Below are positions 57,271 to 64,000 of a stretch of DNA of 64,000 nucleotides, one piece after another. Source of the DNA: Candidatus Ryanbacteria bacterium RIFCSPLOWO2_12_FULL_44_26 (lineage in GTDB: Bacteria; Patescibacteriota; Minisyncoccia; Ryanbacterales; HO2-45-13); NCBI GenBank assembly GCA_001821765.1, contig MHOA01000001.1:174078-238077 (forward strand). Direction: 5' to 3'. Within the stretch, counting starts at the first letter, position 1. Each line of letters begins with the position of its first letter. The position numbers were made by a program, and so were the translations under genes. The notes beneath the pieces are model-generated. The model searched no databases. It was not told the DNA's origin and was given only the letters and a program-made list of their open reading frames with translations.

Positions 57271-59025
57271 ATGAAAAAAAATAAAAAAACACAAATTGCA
57301 GACGAATTGGAACGCATGCGCCATACACTCTCGCATCTTCTAGCGATGGCGGTAATGAAGAAATACCCAAAAGCAAAGCTTGGCATTGGACCTACTATTG
57401 AAGATGGATTTTACTACGATTTTGAGCTCCCGAACACCTTAAAAGAAGAAGAGCTGGAAATGTTTGAGCAAGAAATGCGTAAACTCATCAAAAAAGGGTT
57501 GGGAGTACTGGGAAGAGAAATCTCCGCAGATGAAGCACGAACGACGTTTAAGAACCAACCATACAAACTTGAGCTCATTTATGACTATGAAAAGGAACAC
57601 AAAAAACTGACCGTATATACCATCGACGATTTCACTGACCTTTGTAAAGGAGGGCATGTTCAAAATACAACTGAGCTGGACCCCAATGCATTTAAACTCA
57701 CCAGACTGGCAGGCGCATACTGGAAAGGAAACGAAAAAAACAACATGCTTACCAGAATATACGGCGTGGCTTTCAAATCAACAAGTGAGATTGACGCATA
57801 TATTAAAAAACAGGAACAAGCGCAAAAAAGAGACCACAGAAAACTGGGGAAAGAGCTTGATCTGTTTGTTTTCTCAGAGCTGATAGGAGGCGGTCTGCCG
57901 TTGTTTACCCCAAAGGGCACTATCCTGCGTGATCTATTAGATAACAAGGTGTGGAAACTGCGCGAGGCGAACGGATACAAACGGGTGGACATACCACACA
58001 TGACAAAGAAGGATTTATACGAAAAAAGCGGCCACTGGGAAAAGTTCAAAGACGAGCTGCTGCATGTAACAACGAGAGAAGAACATCAATTCGTGTTAAA
58101 ACCCATGAATTGCCCCCACCATATACAAATTTTTGCGCGTCGTCCAATCAGCTATCGCGAAATGCCGGTACGGTACGCAAATACAACAAAAGTATACAGA
58201 GACGAGCAGACAGGAGAACTGATGGGGCTAACACGCGTGCGCTCAATCACCCAAGATGACGCGCATATATTCTGCAGAGTTTCACAAATAAATGAAGAGG
58301 TTGAAAAAATTTGGGATATCATTGAGGAATTCTACAAACAACTTGACCTTGACGTACATGCAAGGCTCTCCACACGGGACCCAGCAACACCAGAAAAATA
58401 TATAGGAGCACCAAAAAAATGGGAAATGGCGGAAGAAAGTTTAAGAAAAATAATAAAGACAAAAAGGGGAAAGAAAGACCCGGAGGAATCAAAAGGGGAA
58501 GCGGCATTTTATGGTCCAAAAATTGATTTTAACGCAACAGACTCGTTGGGACGTAAATGGCAAGTAGCCACTATACAACTTGATATGAATCAGCCGGAAC
58601 GCTTTGATTTAACATGTATAAATGAAAAAGGAGAAAAAGAACGGATTGTCATGATTCACGCCGCTATCATGGGTTCAATAGAAAGGCTCTTGGCAATTCT
58701 CATTGAGCACAACGCAGGAGCATTCCCGCTCTGGTTAGCTCCCGTGCAGGTTGCCATAATACCTGTAAACGACAAAAACGAGGCGTACGTAAAAAAAACC
58801 GAAGAGCTGCTTCTAAAAAAACATATTCGGTTTGAAACGGATCGAAGAAATGAATCCTTAAACAAAAAAATTCGCGAGGCAGAACTTCAAAAAATTCCTT
58901 ATCTTCTCGTTGTTGGAGATAAAGAAAAAAAATCAAAAACAGTAAGCGTCAGAGAACGGGAAAAGGGAGATAGGGGCTCAAAAAAGTTGGAAAAATTTCT
59001 CCAGTCACTGAAAATGCATGAGTAG
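57271..59025 (+). CDS. thrS: threonyl-tRNA synthetase (lacks N-terminal TGS/N2 domains)
   Basis: 584 aa with class II motifs and a zinc site ('CPHH'...). It begins directly with the second additional domain ('MRHTLSHLLAMAV'). Confidence 0.9.
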   Translation: MKKNKKTQIADELERMRHTLSHLLAMAVMKKYPKAKLGIGPTIEDGFYYDFELPNTLKEEELEMFEQEMRKLIKKGLGVLGREISADEARTTFKNQPYKLELIYDYEKEHKKLTVYTIDDFTDLCKGGHVQNTTELDPNAFKLTRLAGAYWKGNEKNNMLTRIYGVAFKSTSEIDAYIKKQEQAQKRDHRKLGKELDLFVFSELIGGGLPLFTPKGTILRDLLDNKVWKLREANGYKRVDIPHMTKKDLYEKSGHWEKFKDELLHVTTREEHQFVLKPMNCPHHIQIFARRPISYREMPVRYANTTKVYRDEQTGELMGLTRVRSITQDDAHIFCRVSQINEEVEKIWDIIEEFYKQLDLDVHARLSTRDPATPEKYIGAPKKWEMAEESLRKIIKTKRGKKDPEESKGEAAFYGPKIDFNATDSLGRKWQVATIQLDMNQPERFDLTCINEKGEKERIVMIHAAIMGSIERLLAILIEHNAGAFPLWLAPVQVAIIPVNDKNEAYVKKTEELLLKKHIRFETDRRNESLNKKIREAELQKIPYLLVVGDKEKKSKTVSVREREKGDRGSKKLEKFLQSLKMHE

Positions 59026-59088
59026 CTTTCAAAGTGTGCTCTGTTGCCAAGCAAAGTGTTTTTGTGCCGCGCATAAAATATAAAAGGC

Positions 59089-59982
59089 ATGGAAAGAGAG
59101 AACCTCATCGTCATAGCTGGGCCCACAGCAACGGGTAAGTCAGCGCTTGCCGTTAAGATTGCGAAGCAATTTGGAGGAGAAATCATATCAGCTGATTCCA
59201 GACAAATATATAAATATTTAAACATCGGCACCGGAAAAATAACCAGAAATGAAATGCGTGGAGTGAAACACTACTGCTTAGGAATAGCCGATCCAAAAAC
59301 ATCGTTCACTGTTGTTGATTACAAACGCTGTGCTCAACAAGCTATTGCCGACATAGCGGCTAAAAGAAAACTGCCTATTATGGTTGGTGGAACAGGTTTT
59401 TATATAAAAGCGCTGACTGACGATATCTCTTTTCCGCAAGTCAAACCGGACAAGGCTTTAAGAAAATACCTTAAAAAAAAATCAGCGCCAGAACTTTTCA
59501 ATATATTAGAAACTTCTGATGCGAAGCGCGCTCATGCAATCGGCCAGCACAACAAACGACGGCTTATCCGGGCAATTGAAATAGTAAATACAACGGGGGG
59601 TCCCATTCCAAAACTGAAACTGGCACGACATTTTAGAGTGCTTATGATAGGCATAAAAAAGACTCCCAAAGAGCTTAGAAAAGCAATTCAAAAGACGCTG
59701 ACATTAAGAATAAAAAAGGGCGTGTTAAAGGAAGTAAAAAATCTTCATTTTAAACACGGAATCTCATGGCAACGGCTTTGTAATTTGGGTCTGGATTATA
59801 AATACATCAGCTTATACTTGAAAGAGCAAATGGAGAAAAAAGAGGCCCTTGATAAGCTGGAAGTAGAACTTTGGCGGTATGCAAAACGCCAGACCACATG
59901 GTTTAAAAAAGAAAAACGCATCAAATGGATCCGCTCTGAAAGAGAAACAGTATCATTGGTCAGAGGTTTTCTTAAAAACTAA
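59089..59982 (+). CDS. miaA: tRNA dimethylallyltransferase
   Basis: P-loop 'GPTATGKS' and 'DSRQIYK'. Confidence 0.9.
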   Translation: MERENLIVIAGPTATGKSALAVKIAKQFGGEIISADSRQIYKYLNIGTGKITRNEMRGVKHYCLGIADPKTSFTVVDYKRCAQQAIADIAAKRKLPIMVGGTGFYIKALTDDISFPQVKPDKALRKYLKKKSAPELFNILETSDAKRAHAIGQHNKRRLIRAIEIVNTTGGPIPKLKLARHFRVLMIGIKKTPKELRKAIQKTLTLRIKKGVLKEVKNLHFKHGISWQRLCNLGLDYKYISLYLKEQMEKKEALDKLEVELWRYAKRQTTWFKKEKRIKWIRSERETVSLVRGFLKN

Positions 59983-60093
59983 AAAGACAAATTTATACAC
60001 TTTCATACGATCGTAGTTTTATGTGCAGATTTTGCTGCGTAGATTTTGCTGGTTGTTTGTTGTAACCGACGTCACTGATGGCGCTGTATTCTA

Positions 60094-61608
60094 TTACCGG
60101 CGCTCTTTTTCCCAACAATCGCGCACTGTTTGCGGGTTAGCGCCCAAACCGGTTTTTTTTACTTCTTTTATGGTCTGGCCTATTAAAAACTGGAGGGTGT
60201 TATCGCTGCCTGTTAGATAATCGCTGAATGCTTTTTCATTGTCTTTTTTGACCGTTTTCATTGCTCTTAAAATTACTTCGGAATCGCTGGTTTGTAAAAA
60301 TCCCCTCTCCCGAGCAAGCTCCAATGGATCGCCCCCTTCCTCCACCATAATGCGTAAAATATCCTTTGCGCCCCTTGAAGAAAGTTCCTCCTTGACAATC
60401 ATTTTTATAAGCTCAGCGAAATTCTCCGCGGTCACCAAAAGCTCTTTCCACGGAAGCGCCTTTTCTTTTAACAGACCATTCAAGTCGGTTATAAGATAGT
60501 TGCGAAGCAATGTATAAGCCTTTTTCATGTTTGTTTCATCCGCTTTTTCTCCTTCACTGACTGAAACATGCATCCAAGAAGTAAGCTCGGAAGAGGCTGA
60601 TTCAAAAAAAGAAGCCATATCCCTGTCCCTCATAAACACTTCAACTGCTTCAGTATCAAGTGTATATTCATCCTTTAAACGTCTCCTTTTTTCCCACGGA
60701 AGTTCCGGAATAACGCTTCGGATTTCCTCCAATTGAATGCCTCCCGGGAGATTCATTTTAAGCGGCGGGAGATCTGGTTCCGGGAAATATCTATAGTCAT
60801 GGGCTTCTTCCTTTGCCCTTTGGGAAACTGTCTTCTGCGCGCGCTCATCCCATCCTCTCGTCTCCTGCACGACTTTCCCACCGGATCTAAGCAACGATTC
60901 TTGTCTTAGAACTTCATATGCAACCGCGCGCTCAACAGATTTAAAAGAATTGAGATTTTTAATCTCCACTTTCGTCCCAAGCCCCTCACCTTTTCTGGCA
61001 ACGGATACATTGGCTTCTACTCTCATTTCCCCTCGTTCCATTCTGGCTCGTGAAACACCGAGGTAACGCAAAATAAGCTGCAGCTCCTGGGCAAACATAC
61101 AAGCCTCCTCGGCGCTCGAAACATCGGGCTCTGACACCAGTTCCATCAATGGAACCCCAGCTCTGTTAAAATCAACCAAAGAAGCTCCTTCTTCATCATG
61201 AATAATACTTCCGGTATCTTCCTCTAAATGAATCCGTGCTATTCTAATACTTTTACCAATGGGAAGCGGCAACATCCCCTCTACAACTAATGGATACTTA
61301 TATTGAGATATTTGATAACCTTTTGGAAGATCCGGGTAAAAGTAATTTTTCCTGTCAAATTCGGCATATGTTGCAACCGTGCCGTGAAGCGCGAATCCAA
61401 CAAGCAAGACCTTCTTTACTGCCTCCATATTAATAACCGGAAGTGTTCCCGGATGTCCCAAACAAACGGGACAGATATGTATGTTTGGATGTGTTTCTTC
61501 CGGATCGTTCTTCGAATCACAAAACATTTTAGACTTAGTCTGAAGCTCTGCGTGAACTTCAAGTCCGATTGTCGGAACATATTCCATAGAGTTTTGGCTC
61601 ATACACAA
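60094..61608 (-). CDS. gatB: Asp/Glu-tRNA amidotransferase subunit B
   Basis: 'IGLEVHAEL', 'CPVCLGHPG'. The start may be the Met at 61587. Confidence 0.9.
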   Translation of the reverse strand: MCMSQNSMEYVPTIGLEVHAELQTKSKMFCDSKNDPEETHPNIHICPVCLGHPGTLPVINMEAVKKVLLVGFALHGTVATYAEFDRKNYFYPDLPKGYQISQYKYPLVVEGMLPLPIGKSIRIARIHLEEDTGSIIHDEEGASLVDFNRAGVPLMELVSEPDVSSAEEACMFAQELQLILRYLGVSRARMERGEMRVEANVSVARKGEGLGTKVEIKNLNSFKSVERAVAYEVLRQESLLRSGGKVVQETRGWDERAQKTVSQRAKEEAHDYRYFPEPDLPPLKMNLPGGIQLEEIRSVIPELPWEKRRRLKDEYTLDTEAVEVFMRDRDMASFFESASSELTSWMHVSVSEGEKADETNMKKAYTLLRNYLITDLNGLLKEKALPWKELLVTAENFAELIKMIVKEELSSRGAKDILRIMVEEGGDPLELARERGFLQTSDSEVILRAMKTVKKDNEKAFSDYLTGSDNTLQFLIGQTIKEVKKTGLGANPQTVRDCWEKERR

Positions 61609-61730
61609 ATAAAAAACAAATATACGAATATATTAAATAAAACAATCTGTAAGTTCAAATAACAAGAAAGGCACTCTAAAAGCCCTATATGTGTTTTACA
61701 TATTAACATAATTCATGTATACTGTCCCGC

Positions 61731-62300
61731 ATGCTTTCTTATTCAGATTTAAGACCAGGAACGGCTTTTATTATGGACGGCGATCCATATGTTGTGCTCG
61801 AATATAATTTCCTGCGAATGCAACAAAGAAAACCGGTGGCGCAAACGAAAATAAAAAACCTGCGCACCGGAAAAACCATTCAGCGCACATTTCATCAAAA
61901 CGAATCATTTAAAGAAGCGGAGATAGGAAAAGAAACCATAATATACATCTATAATAATCGCGGCAAATACTGGTTTCATAAAGAGGGTAACCGCAAAGAG
62001 AGATTTTCCATCGATACATCTGTACTTGGAAATGCGGTAAATTTTTTAAAAGAAAACACAGAGGTAACAGCAAGCATCTTTAAAAAAGATATCATCAACA
62101 TTTCAATTCCTGTGAAAATGGACCTTCAGGTCACAGAAACCCCCCCCGGAGTAAGAGGAAATACCGCGCAGGGCGGCTCAAAGGAAGCAATACTGGAAAC
62201 AGGTTATAAACTTCAGGTCCCGTTTTTCATCAACCCGGGTGATATTGTGCGTGTGAACACCGAAACAGGTGAATACACAGAGCGCGTTGAAAAAGTCTAA
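61731..62300 (+). CDS. efp: elongation factor P
   Basis: 189 aa. KOW-like domain with the conserved Lys/Arg loop region 'KPVAQTKIKNLRTGK'. Confidence 0.92.
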   Translation: MLSYSDLRPGTAFIMDGDPYVVLEYNFLRMQQRKPVAQTKIKNLRTGKTIQRTFHQNESFKEAEIGKETIIYIYNNRGKYWFHKEGNRKERFSIDTSVLGNAVNFLKENTEVTASIFKKDIINISIPVKMDLQVTETPPGVRGNTAQGGSKEAILETGYKLQVPFFINPGDIVRVNTETGEYTERVEKV

Positions 62301-62318
62301 CCCTACATCAGTTTTCAT

Positions 62319-62350
62319 GGCCGCAACGCGCTGGCTTTGCGCGGTTTTCA
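62319..62350 (+). terminator. terminator-like hairpin after efp (ccgcaacgcgc-tggcttt-gcgcggtt + ttttca)
   Basis: Read directly. Convergent with the end of the minus-strand gene at 62439. Confidence 0.4.
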
Positions 62351-62438
62351 GATCCCGCTGGAAACGGGAGCGGTGTATTATCACAAATCCATCCATGAGG
62401 GGGCGACAACAGATCACTGCTAAAACCGCTTTGCACTT

Positions 62439-64000
62439 TTAAGTGAGCCGAACTTTTTCTCCCGGGCGCAGCTTTGCGCCTCCTTTTTCTTTCTCAACAA
62501 CACTTCCCTTTGTTGGGCTGTTATCGATACCGGACTGCTCTTTTTCGCCATTCGCCACTTCACCTTTCCACACTTGTCTTAAAACATCTCTTAACCCGGG
62601 GAGATTTGGATTTCTCCTTTTCAGTTTTACACTTTGTTTATTTGATAAGGCATGTAACGACAGTGTTTCCTCAACCGGCTGGCGCACCACATAACTACCT
62701 TCCGAAACTCCCGGAAATCTCTTTGATTTGGAAGCTTTTTTTGAGTTTATAGCATCTTCAAGGGCATAGACATCATCTTCAAATTCAATACCAAGCGCCC
62801 CAAGACTTGCGCCATACTGCTGATAATCGCTTTTTTTAGGGAATTTACGGGCCGGAATAGAAGAAAGTTCTCCTGAATTAACTTTTTTAAAACACGAGGT
62901 ACAATATACCGGTCTCCTGCCATCTGGTTTGTACGGCACCTTTGCCTGCTTACCGCAATGAGCACATTTGGCTATGTACTGCTTTTCTCCGTCTTCTTTA
63001 TCCTTACTCTCTTCATTTTCGTCCCCTATGCCTCCACTCCATTTATGTATTTCTTCTTCAACTTCCTTCATGTCGCGTGAATACAGGCGTCGGGAATTCA
63101 ACATAATCCTTTCCGCACAATCCGGTATGGATTTAATTTGGATGGGGGGCAAGGTTGAAGCAGAAAATGGTCTACATGTTACTCCATCCACCATCAGTTT
63201 TAGATAAATTTCACGGTTGGGAAGGTTTACGAGATCCTCGATGGTAAACTCCGGAGTAAATTCCTTTTCCAAGAACTCAGCATCAGCCGCTCCAACACGA
63301 AATATAAGAAGCGTGCCGACATTCCCGAATACCGCATCTCTTACTTTTGTGTCCTGCTCTGTAACAAGCTGACCGATATACTGATGTGCAATAATAAGAT
63401 TTAAGCGGTATTTCCTTGCTTCAGATAAAATAGAGGCAAAGGAATCCGTGGCAAAGTTCTGGAATTCATCTACGTAAAGATAAAAATCTTCTCGCTCGTT
63501 TTCAGAAATTCTGACACGCTCCATGGCAGCGAGCTGAAGCTTCGTGATCACCATAGCGCCAAGTAGCCTTGAGTTATTCTCTCCTATCCTTCCTTTAGAA
63601 ACGTTCACCAGAAAAATTTTTCTTTTATTCATTATATCGGGAATATTAATGGTGCTTTTTTTCTGCCCGACGATATTTCTGATAAACGTTGTATTTAAAA
63701 ATTGTCCTACCTTGTTCTGAATTGGAGCAATGGCTTCACTGCGAAATCGTTCATTATAGTTTTCGTATTCGTGCACCCAAAATGACCTCACGACCGGATC
63801 CTTCACATTTGCCAGCACTTTCCTTCTATAGTCCTTATCAACCAAAATCCGGGGGATACCGAGCAGTGTTGAATCAGGCGCATCAAGAAGCGCAAGCACG
63901 CAATTGTGCAAGATATATTCCATTCTAGCCGACCAAACATTTGCCCAAATTTTTGTGAAAATACCCATTAGATCAGACGCCACCAAGTGTTTATACTTGG
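62439..64000 (-). CDS. VirD4/TraD-like ATPase paralog with C-terminal zinc ribbon, partial (5' end beyond window)
   Basis: 'FYLYVDEFQNFATDSFASILSEARKYRLNLIIAHQYIGQL...VFGNVGTLLIFRVG' is ~60% identical to the C-terminus of the 7754..10207 product. The tail has 'CAHCGKQAKVPYKPDGRRPVYCTSCFKK' (CxxC...CxxC). The reading frame is open to the window edge. Confidence 0.65.
   Translation of the reverse strand, partial: KYKHLVASDLMGIFTKIWANVWSARMEYILHNCVLALLDAPDSTLLGIPRILVDKDYRRKVLANVKDPVVRSFWVHEYENYNERFRSEAIAPIQNKVGQFLNTTFIRNIVGQKKSTINIPDIMNKRKIFLVNVSKGRIGENNSRLLGAMVITKLQLAAMERVRISENEREDFYLYVDEFQNFATDSFASILSEARKYRLNLIIAHQYIGQLVTEQDTKVRDAVFGNVGTLLIFRVGAADAEFLEKEFTPEFTIEDLVNLPNREIYLKLMVDGVTCRPFSASTLPPIQIKSIPDCAERIMLNSRRLYSRDMKEVEEEIHKWSGGIGDENEESKDKEDGEKQYIAKCAHCGKQAKVPYKPDGRRPVYCTSCFKKVNSGELSSIPARKFPKKSDYQQYGASLGALGIEFEDDVYALEDAINSKKASKSKRFPGVSEGSYVVRQPVEETLSLHALSNKQSVKLKRRNPNLPGLRDVLRQVWKGEVANGEKEQSGIDNSPTKGSVVEKEKGGAKLRPGEKVRLT

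Overview
This 64-kb window looks like a streamlined bacterium of the CPR/Patescibacteria type. It uses the standard genetic code, with UAA and UGA both acting as stops. The 16S rRNA gene carries a 638-nt intervening sequence and is not linked to a 23S gene in this window.

The core is housekeeping genes: dnaX, serS, nrdAB, ddl, trmD, rpsP, smc-like, rnc, rpmF, rnhB, dnaE, thrS, miaA, gatB and efp.

The accessory content is where the interest lies:
(1) A left-end island with a C-protein/m4C-type methyltransferase/MvaI-BcnI-like Type II restriction-modification system, two unknown genes, and a large serine recombinase sandwiched between 124-bp inverted copies of the tRNA-Gln 3' end and flank.
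(2) Two paralogous VirD4/TraD-like ATPases.
(3) A copper/redox neighbourhood: NirK, an interrupted ArsR-like regulator with a palindromic operator, CcdA/DsbD-like and DoxX-like membrane proteins, a cupredoxin, a His-rich tandem-domain protein, CopA and CopZ.
(4) Near-identical 300-bp direct repeats (DoxX-like paralogs) bracketing a surface protein and an RNHCP protein.
(5) tRNAs with odd contexts: tRNA-Ala inside a 16-bp extended stem, and tRNA-like fragments beside tRNA-Ala and tRNA-Ile.
(6) A 591-aa cysteine-rich internally repeated protein next to a DUF3850 protein.
(7) A NusB-NUDIX fusion.

No CRISPR array and no reverse transcriptase were seen. Coordinates of non-CDS features were derived by hand and may be off by a few nucleotides.
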